DNA of 64,000 nucleotides from the human T2T-CHM13v2.0 reference genome, Homo sapiens: NCBI GenBank assembly GCA_009914755.4, contig CP086569.2, positions 7,040,001 to 7,104,000 of the forward strand, read 5' to 3'. Shown piece by piece: positions 1 to 17,002 of this stretch (position 1 is its first letter; each line of letters starts with the position of its first letter). The notes under the pieces were generated by a model. It saw only the letters and a program-made list of their open reading frames with translations, ran no database searches and was not told where the DNA came from. The position numbers and the translations under genes were made by a program.

Positions 1-534
1 ATTCCCCTCCCCCTACAGCTTGAAGGGGACATAACCGATAGCCCAGGTTTTTGTGGTCCTTTAGATATTTCTTTGCTTATTTCCTTCTGGGTGGGGGAGA
101 TTAGAGGAGGCTTATCATTAATAGAAAGAGGAGTTATAGGGAGGCTAGGATATGGGGGTAAGCTGAGAGGTCCTCCTGTGGGATGTAAATTGCAAGCTTT
201 GCATAGTTGTGTATTCTCCTTCAGTGAAAAGAAAGCTTGGACATAAGGTATTTCAGTCCATTTGCCTTTGCTCTTACAGAAAAGGTCAAGCTGCCAGATA
301 GTATTGTGATTTGTACTTTCAGGTGGCCATTTTTCCCCATCAGAGAGAGAATATTGGGGCCAAGCCACGGTGCAGAAAAAAAAAAAAAAAAAATGAGCCA
401 CCTCTTTTTCAGGGTTTGCAGGTCAGTTTGGTCCCAATGGCTTAGGATGCATTTCAAAGGTTAGCCTGTTGATGCCTGAGTGTTTCCCATTTGAAAGACA
501 AAACTGCCTGTGGTTTTGGTTTGTTTTGCCCACC

Positions 535-697
535 CACACAAGAACCCACAGTGGTCCCTGGACCATGCTGATTGGAAAAGTTGCACTCACCGACATAGCA
601 GCAGAAACATCTCTTGCCCAAGAACCCACAACAGTCTCTGGACCTTGCTGATCTGCATAGTTGCACTCAGCGATGCAGCAGAAGAAACACTAGTTTT
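535..697 (+). repeat. two tandem copies of a diverged ~80-bp unit (caagaacccaca...ttgcactca..gcagcagaa)
   Basis: direct reading: copy 1 ~535-617, copy 2 ~618-697, roughly 80% identical. Confidence 0.6.
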
Positions 698-1639
698 CCT
701 CCTAGACCACAAGGTGGACCGAGGAAGATCGGATTTAGTAGCCCTATCCAACGCATTCTCGAAAAACTGTTAGAGTCCTAAACATTCTTTTGTTAGTATT
801 TGGACTTTACCCCTGTCCTATAAAGATGTTATGCCCCACAAATGAAGTGGAGGTCCATACCCTGAGGGAGGGAAGCATCTCCAGGGTTGGAAGAGTGACA
901 CTTTTTGTCCTCACTTGAATAGGAAGGATATCATTTCTGAAGCTCACCATTATCATAGCTTCAGGAATAGCTTTTGTTAGGCCTGCTAGTTTGAGGAGGA
1001 TCCTAAAATTCCAGATAGTCCCCTCTATAACAGGGCTTTGGGCAAATATTATGTCTTTCTGATTGGTGAGCCCAGGTGCTTTAAAAAGGTAACAGAGTTC
1101 TGGAATTTATACTAGAAATCATTCTTACAGGAGAAACTAGAAAAGCACCAGAGACCAGGAGAGGTTTTTAGAAGTGAGACTAGCCTCAGAGAAGAGAGGA
1201 GAGAGGAAGTTTGTCTGAAAGGCATTAGGACCCAGCAAGCAAGGATCAGGATAGATAGGATAGATGGGCAAGTCGCTTGGGCGACATGACTTTGAGAGTT
1301 CCACTCATGGCCACAGGGTCAACCAACTTGCGTCAGGACCCAGGAGCTGAATGGCTTTCCTCTCTGTCGACTCTTGGCTCAGCCCAGAAGTACAGGAAAA
1401 GCAGAAGCTGGTTCCAGGCAAACCAACTTTCCCAACTCTGAAGAGTTGGGGATTGTTAGAGAGCTCTTTCCCAGAAAGCCTGACACTCATGTCTTTAGTC
1501 CAGTGTCCACACTAGTTGCTTTTAACTGGCTGACAGCTGCCTGGTATTTAGCCCCTGATTCTAAGGAAAAATAGGACAGAATAGCAAGTGAAAGGGGTCC
1601 AATGGTGGTTACCACTTGGCGATAGTTGATAGTCCCATC

Positions 1640-2480
1640 TGGGTCACCAAAATGTATCTGGAATTGGTTCCTTCAGTTGTGTTTTTGGTCTTGCTGACTT
1701 CAAGAATGAAGCCGCGGACCCTCATGGTGAGTGTTACAGTTCTTAAAGATGATATGTCTGGAGTTTGTTCCTTCCAGTGTTCAAATATGTCCAGAGTTTC
1801 TTCCTTCCAGTGGGTTCATGGTCTCGCTTGACTTCAGGATTGGAGCTGCAGACCTTCGCAGTGAGTGTTACAGCTCTTAAAGCTAGTGCAGACCCAAAGA
1901 GTGAGCAGCAGCAAGATTTATTGTGAAGAGTGAAAGAACAAAGCTTCCACAGCATGGAATGGGACCCAAGCTGCTGGCTCAGGTGGCCAGCTTTTATTCC
2001 CTTATTTGGCTCTGCCCGCATCCTGCTGCTTGGTCCATTTTACAGAGAGCTGATTGGTCCATTTTACAGAGTGCTGATTCATCCATTTTACAGAGGGTGA
2101 TTGGTTCATTTTACAGAGTGCAGATTGGAGCGTTTACAATCCTTTAACTAGACACCAAGCACTGATTGGTACATTTTTATGGAGTGCTGATTGGTGCATT
2201 TACAAACCTTTAGCCAAACACAGAGCACTGATTGGTGTGTTTTTACAGAGTGCTGATTGGTGCATTTACAAACCTTTAGCTAGACACAGAGCACTGATGA
2301 GTGCATTTTTACAGAGGGCTGATTGGTGCATTTACAATCCTTTAGCTAGACACAGAGTGCTGATTGGTGCGTTTTTACAGAGTGCTGATTCGTGCATTTA
2401 CAATCCTCTAGCTAGACAGAAAAGTTCTCCAAGTCCCCACTCGACCCAGGAAGTCCAGCCGGCTTCACTTCTCATTAGGA
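1640..2480 (+). mobile_element. LTR12-family (HERV9 LTR) fragment, 5'/U3 portion with tandem ATTGG (CCAAT-box) repeats; the GC-rich 3' part is missing
   Basis: segments gctgacttcaggattggagctgcagaccttcgcagtgagtgttacagctcttaaag...gagtgagcagcagcaagatttattg...aaagaacaaagcttccacag, followed by a reiterated gctgattggtccattttacagag / gctgattggtgcatttacaa(t/a)cctttagctagacacagagt array and ...ctccaagtccccac...ggcttcac, all characteristic of LTR12 as I remember the consensus. Confidence 0.55.
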
Positions 2481-2756
2481 CTGACAAAGTGGACTCTTGA
2501 GAGCAGTAAGACACCACATTCCAGCCTGATTCTAGCACATCCTGACTCTGGCACATCACCCCATGACAGACAGCAAGCACTAAGGAAATCAAAGCATTTC
2601 ACTCCAAATCATATTTCTTTAACATATTTTGAAATAGTCCTGCCAGGCTGTCTCATGTGGGAAAAATCTACATTCTGAAGAGAGTCCCATTCCTTTTCTA
2701 GGCCTGATTCTCAATCCAGGAGAGAATCAACTCTGACAAGAAACATTTACAATCTA

Positions 2757-3062
<306 letters not shown>

Positions 3063-3539
3063 GACAAAGAAACATATACAATCTATTCTTCCCTAAGTCT
3101 GCTGCCTGGAGGCTTCATCTGTATCTGTGGAACCTGGGGCTCCACAACTCCTCATAATGAAGACAAAGTTCTGATTTTTTCTTATCTTGCCCAAATTCCT
3201 ATCTGAGTGGTCTGAGGAGTGATGCCTACAAATCATAAATTCTCATCAGATTTATTTAACTCTATATGTCATGACTTACTTTCCAGTCTGACTCTGGCAT
3301 AACATTACCTGATGAAGAAAATCAAATTATTTTACCCCAAAACATGTTTCTTTGCCATATTTTAAAATGTCCCTACAAAGCCATCCTTTGTGGGGGAAAT
3401 TTTGCATCTGTAGAGAATCTCTATTTACATAGCTAGATCTTTTTCTTCCAGACCCTCCCAATTCTAAAGAGAGTAACGTAGATTCTAGCACGTTTTTGAA
3501 GATCTGAATAGGAAACATTCATTATCTATTGTCTCTAAG

Positions 3540-4262
3540 GACAGCCACTATAAGACTTCAAAAGAACCTTGGTCTTCACAATCTTTTATCTCAACCTGAA
3601 CATTTCCTTTCCATCAATCCCAGGTCTTTAGACAAACTCAACCAATTGTCAATGAGAAAATGTTCACATTTACCAATAGCCTGAAAGCCCCTATCCTCTA
3701 CTCCTCTCTTTGAATTTTCCTGCTTTTCTGGACCAAACCATTGCATTTCTCAAATGTATTTGATTGATGTCTCATGCCTTCCTAAAATATGTAAAGCCAA
3801 GCTGCACCCCATCCACTTTGGGGACATATTCTCAGGTCCTACTGAAAGCTGTGTCACAGGCCATGGTCGCTCATATTTGGCTCAGAATACATCTCTTCAA
3901 ATATTTGACAGAGTTTGACTCTTTACATCAACAATAACCCACATACTCCCTTCTATTGATTCCAGGTCTTTAGATAATAACTCTTTCAACCAACTGCCAA
4001 TAAGGAAATCTTTCAATCTATCTGTAATGTGGAAGCTGCCCACTCTTCTAGTTGTTCTGACTTTCCAAACCAGACCAATGTACATGTTATATGTTTTGAT
4101 TAATGTCTAATGTCTCCCTACAATGTATAAAACCAAGCTGTGCCCCAACCACCATGGGAACATATTCTCAGGGTCCCCTGGGGCTGTGTCACAGGCTATT
4201 AATTACTTATATCTGGCTCAGAACAAATCTCTTCAAACATTTTACAGAGTTTGACATTTTTC
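3540..4262 (+). repeat. two tandem copies (~355 bp each) of an LTR-like unit with TATAAAA-like and AATAAA-like signals. A further partial pair lies at 2590-2756/3063-3180 and 3290-3480
   Basis: copy A 3540-3905 and copy B 3906-4262 align end to end (ccaggtctttaga...caattg(t/c)caat...tgtataaaaccaagctg(c/t)(a/g)ccccA(t/a)ccac...tctcagg(t/g)cc...gctgtgtcacaggc...ggctcagaa(t/c)a(c/a)atctcttcaaa(t/c)attt(g/t)acagagtttgac). Confidence 0.5.
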
Positions 4263-4648
4263 ATTAGCAACAGTAAACATATTCATACAATCTTCCATTG
4301 GTTATTTTCAACTTATATTATGCACCAGAAAACCCACGTGTTTGAGGGTATTTATGTGATGATGCTATCCCTGCAGGCAGGGCAAAGAACTGCAGATACA
4401 GAAGTGAGTGAGCATGGGATCCATCAACATGGGCCAAGGAGGAAGTGTTACAGGAAAGGGGTTGTGATCCAGACCCCAGGAGAGGGTTCTTGGATGTTGC
4501 ACAGGAAAGATTTCAGGGTGAGTCTGCAGTGCAAAATAAAAGCAAGTTTATTAAGAAAGTAAAGTGGTGAAAGAACAGAGCTACTACATAGACAGAGTAG
4601 GATGTTCTTGACAGAGGAGGAAAGTGTCCACCTTAGGTAAAATGCTTG

Positions 4649-5024
4649 TGTTGGGACAACTAAGTTCCTCTTCAAAGACTCCCTGGTTATAAGTTGTAAA
4701 AGGTGTAAATAAACCCTACCCCCTTTTTCTTCCTCCTTCTCCTTTTCTCACAAATCACACATTTACCCTATCTGGACAAAGTTTAGGTCTAAGCCAATGT
4801 GGGATCAGCTTAGATTGTGTGGCCCAACCCCAGCCAACAGGGGAAGGACACAGAAGCAGGAACTGCCTTAGGGTTAAAAATCCCTTCATTCCTTTGTTTG
4901 ATGTGCTCTTGCAATTGCATCAGGCACAGGCAGCACCTTTCTGCAGAAATAAAGTTGCCTTGCTGAGAAAGTTTCTGTCTAAGTTCTGGTTTTTCTTTGT
5001 GGCACTGAGGACTTGTTTCTAACA
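4649..5024 (+). repeat. ERV 5' LTR (contains AATAAA signal: cagaaataaagttgccttgctgagaaa)
   Basis: homologous to 12993-13366. TG...CA termini. Confidence 0.8.
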
Positions 5025-5405
5025 ACTTAGGGGCTCATCTGGGATCCCATTCTCTTTCAGGAAGGACTAGTGATTATATTTCATGGGAAGATGCATCCCA
5101 CTGCCTTGTTTTTATGGCCCCGGCGCGATTTTCCTGTCAGTTGATTATACTGAACTGCCAAGGCTAAGAGGGACCTAAAATTCCCACAAGGAAAGCAGCC
5201 AATAAGGTTGAAGCAAATGCTCAGCAGAGAGTAAGAAAACTCCATTGGGAAAAAGGGGCGTTTAGCCTCCAGGATACGAAAGTGCAAGAAATCTTTAATA
5301 CAAGAGATTGAACCCTACCAAAATGGGAGGTTTAGCCTCCAGGAATGGGAGTGCAATAAATCTCTAATACAAGAGATTGAGCCTCACCAACCTCCAGGAT
5401 GGGAA

Positions 5406-6989
5406 ATGACAGGTAAGACAGGGACTACAAAAGACCAAGCAGACAATAAAATTCCCCCTGACAGTCCGCTAGGCCTTATGTTAAGATACCGGAAAGATAA
5501 TGAAAGGACCAAACACAAGAAAAGACAGCAAATGATAAAATATTGCTGTTTTATTTGGACTAAGGAACCCATCCTGAAACCTTTGGTCTTTTGGCCACAG
5601 TTAGGGTTGAGCGGGGACTGGATATGCCAACTCCTAATCCAGTATGTAAATGATAAAAGTCCAGTTTCTCAAGAGGAGATAGATTATGGAGACAGGGACT
5701 TGTCCTTCTCTACCCCCTAAAGAATGAAAAAGCAAAGCTGAACTCAAAGCCCCCAAAAGTCAACCTAGCTAAGTTGTATTCTACATCTAAAGATGCATGG
5801 GATCCTTTAGACCACCTTTCCCCACCTAACCCTCTGCCTCAAGCTGAACACTCAGTCCCTTCTCCATATAATCCTGCCCCAAGGACCTTAACACTACACA
5901 CCCCTTCTGGATTGCCACTCAAACATCCCCCTCCTTAGAAAAGCTCCAACAGGAAATGGAACAATCCCAAAGGGATCTTCAACACTTTTCTTTCCCCTCT
6001 TCCTCAAAGAAGTCTGTTCCAACCCTTTTTCTCTTAAACGAAGTACCACTAGGAGGGGGTGATATTGGCTTCATAAATACCCCCTTAACAAGCTCAGAGA
6101 TTAGGAATCTAAAAAGGAACTCAGATCACTGGTAGATGATCTTTTGGAGTTGAAAGTCAAATTGACCAATTTCTAGGGCCACAATTGTACACTTGAGCTG
6201 AATTAATGTCTATCCTAGATATTCTCAGGAAAGGAAAGAACCATGTTCCACAAGGCCACTATGACAATCTGGGAGCATGAACACCCTCCTGGTCAAAATA
6301 TCCTTGCAGGAGAGCATAAATTCCTGGCCCAGGACCCTCAGCGGGATAACAACATGCAGCCCACCGAGAGAACTTGAGCGATCTCAGAGATATGAGAATT
6401 AAAAGGATTAGGGAATCAGTTCCTCAAACTCAAAATATCTCCCAAGCATTTAATGTACAACAAGGGAAAGATGAAGGGCCTTTGGAATTCTTAAACAGAC
6501 TTAAGAAACAGATGAGAAAATATGCATGTTTAGACACAGAGGACCCACTGGGACAAGTGATGCTAAAGCTCCACTTTGTCATCAATAGTTGGCTGGACAT
6601 CACAAAGAAATTACAAATGATAGAAAACCAAAAAGACCATCCCATAGAGGAATTTTTAAGAGAGGCCCAACAGGTATACGTACAGAGGGATGAGGAAAGG
6701 CAGAAGCAAAAGGCAGAAATTATGCTGTCCACCCTACAAAAGGGAACTCTTCAACAGGGAGACCAGGGAAGTATAACTTGTAAACCTAAGTACCCGGCTA
6801 GCACACCCTACCCAGGAGGCAAAAGGATAAAATCTGAAAATCAGGAAATAGGGAAGGGAAAACAAATGTTTCAGGTGTGGAAAGCCAGGTCATTTAAAAA
6901 AGGAATATCCTGAATGGGAGAGAGAAAAGAAAGTCCTTCCATTCATGACATTTGAAGAATAGTAGGGGGTCAGGCACTCTACAGCTTTC

Positions 6990-6990
<1 letters not shown>
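5406..6990 (+). pseudogene. gag: ERV gag (frameshifted). MA-like N-terminus, CA major homology region, NC zinc knuckle
   Basis: ORF 5406-5720 begins MTGKTGTTKDQ...PLGLMLRYRKDNERTKHKKRQQ..WPQLG, similar to the MLV Gag N-terminus MGQTVTTPLSL...W..WP. ORF 6374-6913 contains QGKDEGPLEFLNRLKKQMRKYACLDTEDPLGQVMLKLHFVINSWLDITKKLQ, matching the gammaretroviral CA pattern QG..E.P..FLERL. The zinc knuckle CFRCGKPGH at ~6863-6893 is in a shifted frame. Confidence 0.75.
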
Positions 6991-10900
<3,910 letters not shown>

Positions 10901-10949
10901 TCCTTATCAGAAGTTGAAAAAAGGGAAAACTCCAGCCAACCTGGGAAGG

Positions 10950-13006
10950 ACCTTACCTGTTGCTCATAACAACCAAAACAACAATTTGAGTGGCCGAAAA
11001 AGGATGGATTCATCACACATGGGTAAAAAGGGCCCCATCCTTGTGGAATCATGGACCATCACTCCAGGACCAACACCTTCCAAATTAACATTCAAAAGAG
11101 TTTAATCTGTCTCTTACTTCTCCCTCTAGTTGCCCAAGGACATTTCATTATCAATATAACCTGATCACCCTTTCCCCAAACAGTTTTCTTCATGCCTATC
11201 TTGTCATACCCTATGGAGATCTCCAAAGCCAAAGACAGCTAGCCCCTTCAGAAAAAATATATTTGCCCCAACCCTTGTAGTAAACAGTTCTCTGGGGCCA
11301 ATTACTGTCCTGTACTTCTTGGGAAAATGTTCTCTGGACTACTGAGTATCAGGACTGGACCTCCACACAAGGTTTCTGCACCACTTTAAAGCCCTACGTC
11401 CTCTTTACCAAAGGAACTACCCCCTCTAATTGCCAACTCCGACAATGTAACCCAGTGCAAATCTCTATTAATGTCCCCACAATTCTAGTCATACTTTAAG
11501 ATGCTTCTATGGCATGGGAAGCAATGTTGCTGGGTGGGATCCTATAGGCTACTTTGAAATGCAATTCATTCACCCTCCTCTACTTCTTACTGCCTCCTAC
11601 TCCCCAAGCCCACCAAATCAAACCATTTCTCTCTCCATGCCCAGTGATAAAACCAAAGTGTTGTAGTAGAAGTCAAAAACTTAAACTCTAGCCATTGAAA
11701 CCAGGTACCAAGATCCAAAGGCCTGGCTGGAATAGATTAAATATTCTGTTTACACCCTAAATAAAAGCAATTGTTACCCTTGTGCAATGGGCAGGCTAGA
11801 AACCCAAATTTTTCCTTTTCCACTCGGATAAGCTAACCAGCCAGCTATGGTCAATATGGTGGCTCTCTTTCAGCACCCCACAGCCTAGGGAAACAAGGCA
11901 TGCCCTAACCTTTCACTACTGTTTCCACAAATCAAGAGTCCTGTGGGTCAGCCCACAAGGTCCATTCAGTTTCTAGGTCCCAATGCCAATTTTACCTCAT
12001 GTCTGTCAGGAAAAGTTGAAAATTTGACATCCCTTGGAAATCTAATGGGGTGTAGTGATTCCAAGCCTTTCAAGAGCTCACTAATCAGTTGGCCCTTGTC
12101 CACCCCAGAGGAGATGTGTGGTGGTATTGTGGAGGACCTTTACTGGTACATTGCCAAGCAATTGGAGCAGCACTTGTGCTCTAATCCAATTGGCTATCCC
12201 TTTCACACTGGCATTTCATCCACAAGAGAATAGAGAACTAACCTGGAAAAAGAGAGAGACCTCTCACCGGTCATTTGACCCCCATATTTACATAGATGCC
12301 ATCAGGGTCCCATGAGGGGTACTAAATGAATTTAAACCTCAAAATCAAATAGCCGCTGGGTTAAAATCTGTTTTGTTCTGGTGGCCAACTATGAATAAAA
12401 ATGTAGACTGGAAAAACTATACACTATAATCAACAGCAATTCATCAATTATACCAGAGATGCCATCAAGGGAATCGCTGAACAGTTAGGCCCCACACATG
12501 AAATGGCCTGGGAAAATCAGATAGCCCTTGAAATGATGTTGGCAGAAAACAGTGGGGTCTGTGTCATAATTGGAGTCCAATGTTGTACTTTTATCCCAAA
12601 TAATTTTACAGCCTCCAATGGAACAATCACAAAAGCCTTACAAGACCTTACCACCCTAGCAAATGAATTAGCCAAAAACTCTGGAATAGATGACCCCTTT
12701 AAGGGCCTCATGGAAAGGTGGTTTGGAAAATGGAAGGGATTCATGACCTCAATATTTACCTCCTTGGCAATTGTTACAGATGTACTTATCCTTGTGGGCT
12801 GCTGTATCATACCTTGTATTCACGGGTTAACCCAAAGACTCATAGAACCAGCTCTAACAAAAACTCCCCCTACTGCTTCCCCTTGCTACTCAGATATGCT
12901 CTTGTTCCTAGATGATCAAGAAGAGCAACAAAGCCAGATCTTGTTAAAGAAATTTGCAGAGAAAGAACTACAAAACAGAAAAGTGGGAAATTGTTGGGAC
13001 AACTAA
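10950..13006 (+). pseudogene. env: ERV env region. The SU part is degraded; the TM part is an open frame (see next feature)
   Basis: position between integrase and the 3' LTR. SU-like ORF 11943-12233. TM domain recognisable at 12407-13006. Confidence 0.6.
12407..13006 (+). CDS. open 200-codon frame encoding a gamma-type Env transmembrane subunit with an immunosuppressive-domain region and a CX6CC motif. The first ATG is at 12503. Probably non-functional as a stand-alone gene
   Basis: translation ...YNQQQFINYTRDAIKGIAEQLGPTHEMAWENQIALEMMLAENSGVCVIIGVQCCTFIPNNFTASNGTITKALQDLTTLANELAKNSG...membrane-span-like ...IFTSLAIVTDVLILVGCCIIPCI... In-frame stop TAG at 12404-12406 and stop at 13007. The C-X6-CC (CVIIGVQCC) architecture is typical of gammaretroviral TM. 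Confidence 0.7.
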   Translation, partial: TGKTIHYNQQQFINYTRDAIKGIAEQLGPTHEMAWENQIALEMMLAENSGVCVIIGVQCCTFIPNNFTASNGTITKALQDLTTLANELAKNSGIDDPFKGLMERWFGKWKGFMTSIFTSLAIVTDVLILVGCCIIPCIHGLTQRLIEPALTKTPPTASPCYSDMLLFLDDQEEQQSQILLKKFAEKELQNRKVGNCWDN

Positions 13007-13366
13007 GTTCCTCTTCAAAGACTCAACTTCCTGGGAATAAGTTATACAAGTTGTAAATCAACCCTACTGTCTTCTCCCTTCTTCTCTTTTTCTCACAAAT
13101 TGCACATTTACCCTATTTAGAAAAAATTTAGGTCTAAGCCAACCGGGATCAACTTTGATTGTGAGGTCCAACCCCAGCCAATAGGGGAAGGACACAGAAG
13201 CAGGGACTGCATTAGGGTTAAAAGCCCCTTCCTTTGTTCGATTTGCTCTTGCAATTGCATCAGGCACAGGCAGCACTGTTCTGCAGAAATAAAGTTGCCT
13301 TGCTGAGAAATTTTCTGTCTAATTGCTGGGGTTTTTCTTTGTAGCACTGAGCACTTGTTTCTAACA
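12993..13366 (+). repeat. ERV 3' LTR
   Basis: homologous to 4649-5024 with roughly 10-15% mismatch by eye. Preceded by a polypurine tract at 12971-12990. Confidence 0.8.
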
Positions 13367-13844
13367 CTTGTGTATACATAAGATAAAAATAGCTCTTGGG
13401 GAGATGTGCTCTGCTACATGGGTTTGTGATAAAGCATTAATTTTCCTAATTACTATATGTTGCAAGAGTTGATATTATTATATTTAAAGCAAAATTAGGA
13501 ATGCCCTTGTTCTCCAGACAACAGGATGCCTCGACACTCCCAAGTCTGAGTCTGTTTCAGTAAACATCATAAGTTTGTTTTCTTAATCATAAATATCTAG
13601 AGTCTAGGAATGCCTAATTTTCTGGGACTGCAGCAAGACTCAACCTCATTTTTATAGTCCCCACTCAAAATGGAGTTGCTCTTGTTCAAATGCCTCTGAC
13701 AGAAGGAGGCAGGAGATAAGAGGAGTATTGAAGGACAAAGAGATGGTGTCAGGCAACAGTCCCCAACCTTTTTGGCACCAGAAACTGTTTTTGTGGAAGA
13801 CAGTTTTTTTATGGACCAGGTTGGGGGAGAGGGTTTCGGGGTGA

Positions 13845-14206
<362 letters not shown>

Positions 14207-14554
14207 TATTTCTATTATTATGTCATACTACCTATGAAATAATTATGTAACACAGCATCATGTAGAATCAGTGGGAGCCCTGAGCTTGTTTTCCTGCAAC
14301 TAGACAGTCCTATCTGATGGTGATGGGAGACAGTAACAGATCACCAGGCATTAGATTCTTATAAGGAGAGTGCAACCTAGATCCCTTGCATGTGGAGTTC
14401 ACAATAGGGTTTGAGTTCCTATGGGAATCTAATTCTGCCACGGATCTGACAGGAGGCAGAGCTCAGGCAGTAATGGGGAGCTCAGGCAAGCAATGGGGAG
14501 ATGAAGCTTTGTTTGCTTACCCACAGTCACCTCCTATTATGCAGCCCAGTTTCT

Positions 14555-14871
<317 letters not shown>

Positions 14872-15437
14872 CGCAGCCCAGTTTCTAACAGGCCAGGGAC
14901 TGGTACCCATGTGTGGCCTAGGGCTTGGGGATCCCTGATGTGGGGCAGGAGAGAAAGAGTCGTGTGTTTATTAGAGATGTGGTTCATGCACTAGAGAGAT
15001 GGAGGGGAGGAAGCAGTGAGTCCCACAGAGGAGAGGCTGTGGGTTGCAGGTGTAGTAGGGTTGACTCTGCCCTAACTTAGTGCACTCTGCAGTGGCTCCT
15101 TTTCTTTCTGTTCTCTTTCTGATCTTAGATGATGTCATTGTGGCTGAGCCTGTGCCTAAACTATATACTGCCAAAGTCTCTATTGCTGGAAGAAGATAAT
15201 AATTGTATCTCTACCTTTAAAAAAAAAATTTAGTGTAAGAGAGAGAGCATGCCATAATGAATTGAATGAATTTGAAAAACTAAGCGGTTATATTACATTT
15301 CTATTTTAGGAGTTAAATCCATCCATGCATGTAAGGTGTCCAATGGTTTGATAGGGAAAGGTGGAACAAATCGAAGTAGGGGCTTCGAGGTCATAGGTAG
15401 TTATATAATGCCTATATTATTTATTTTTAAAAATTGT

Positions 15438-15790
15438 TTCCTTCCTCCATTTTTCCTTCTTCCTTCATCTCTCATTCCCTTCCTCCTTTCACCATTCTTT
15501 CCTTTCTTCAATTGTTCTTTTCTATCTTTTCTTTCCTTTTGTTTCTCTCAGTTCCTTTCTCTTTTTTTATTATTTTTCTTTCTTCCTGGTTTTTCTTTCT
15601 TTTTCTTTCCCTTCCTGTTTCTTTTTTCCTCTCTCTCTTCATTCCTTCCTTCCTTTGTCTTTCTTTTTTGTTTCTTTTTTCTTTCTTTCTCCTTCTCTCC
15701 CTTCTTCCTTCCCTCTCTTCCTTTCCTCCCTCCTTGCAATCTCTCCTACTCTGTCCCCCATTCTCCCTTTCTCACTTTCTTTCTTTTTGC
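15438..15790 (+). repeat. CT-rich polypyrimidine low-complexity tract of ~350 bp (TTCC/CTTT-type)
   Basis: direct reading; over 90% pyrimidine on the + strand. Confidence 0.9.
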
Positions 15791-16335
15791 ACAATTCTAC
15801 AATACAAAATAGTACAAAAGGCTGTTGTCTGTGTGAGAGTACATCTGCTGTTGTCTAGCCAAGAAACTCAACACTAACAGGGCCATCTGGGAATGAAAAG
15901 AAAGAAAACTGGGACAGCTCTTGTGTGCACTTTGGGGATGGAAGAGTGAAATGACTTCAGTAAAAATTGTTGAGTGTTTGATTGCAGGAAACAGAAGATG
16001 TCACATTGGAGAAAAGAGGGGATCTCTGGACATTCATGGGAACACCCGATTTTTATGGACATTATTTGAGGATTGAGGGGAACTTGTAGGAAGAAATAAT
16101 GGAGAAACTAAAGTCTCTAGACTTCCTCTTCCTGGTTTGGAAGGGCAGGTGCTACAACTAACAAGCATCACCTAATAGAGCAGATGGGACAGGGCTGAGA
16201 TGCAAAGAGGGCTTTGAAAAAAAAAGACAAGAGCCAAGCTTGGAAGAAAAAAGATAGAATTGATGGCAGCAATCAGTAATCAATAAGCTTCCCAGGAGGT
16301 CCTGCTTGCACATGACTCAGGCTTTGCTTGTTTAC

Positions 16336-16610
16336 TTTTATTTTTTGAGAGAAGGTATTGCTCTGTTGCCCAGGCTGGAATGCAGTGGTGTGATCTCGGC
16401 CTCACTGAGACCTCCTCCTTCCTGACTCAATCAGTTCTCCTGCCTCAACCTCCAGAGTAGGTGCTACTACAGATGTGCACTACTGTGTTTTAGTAGAGAC
16501 AGATTTTCACCATGTTGCCTAGGCTGGCCTCAAACTCCTGACCTCAAGTGATCCACCTGCCTCAGCCTCCAAAACTGCTGAGATTACAGGTGTGAGCCAC
16601 TGCACCCAGC
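16336..16610 (-). mobile_element. Alu (older, AluJ/S-like), minus orientation
   Basis: diverged reverse-complement Alu: ...ttgcccaggctggaatgcagtggtgtgatctcggc...gctgagattacaggtgtgagccactgcacccagc. Confidence 0.8.
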
Positions 16611-17002
16611 ATCCTTTGCATTCTTATACTGAATCTTCCTCATTCCGTGTTCTTTCTCATTCTCCTGCTTTGCTCCTGGGGAGCACATCCTCCGAAAACT
16701 TACCTACACTGAAGCTTTTGTCTCATGCTTTTTTTGTGTGAGAACCCAAGCAAAAATGAAAAAGAGAATTCCCTTGCAAATTACTATACGGTAAGATACA
16801 CTACCATTGAAAATATTTTTTAACTAAGCTTAACAATGCGAAACTAATTCTAAAAGATCTTTTTAAAAATACTCCTAAACAGAAGTAAGTCAATTGTAGA
16901 GGAAAAATAAAATTCAAGGAAAGGGATTTGTATAACGAATGTTACAGTATAGTGAAACATCAGAGTAGCCAGAGAATTTACGCTCCTGGTGGTGAATGTG
17001 GC

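Noticed and set aside
341-394. 18-nt poly(A) tract at 377-394 as the tail of a retroposed element or processed pseudogene
   Set aside because: The upstream 1-376 matches no element I can recognise (it is not Alu, L1 or SVA) and I could not find a target-site duplication, so the annotation is left unsupported.
780-1640. Sequence upstream of the LTR12 fragment as possible HERV9 internal (env) sequence
   Set aside because: No convincing retroviral protein motif is seen in any frame, so I cannot support it from sequence alone.
12503-13006. Calling the Env TM ORF a functional host gene (syncytin-like)
   Set aside because: Only the TM portion is open. The SU portion and the signal peptide are disrupted, so a fusogenic envelope protein cannot be made. 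It is kept as an ORF of interest only.
15336-15877. 158-aa and 147-aa ORFs with F/L/S-rich low-complexity protein sequence
   Set aside because: They are translations of the CT-rich polypyrimidine tract and have no coding signature.
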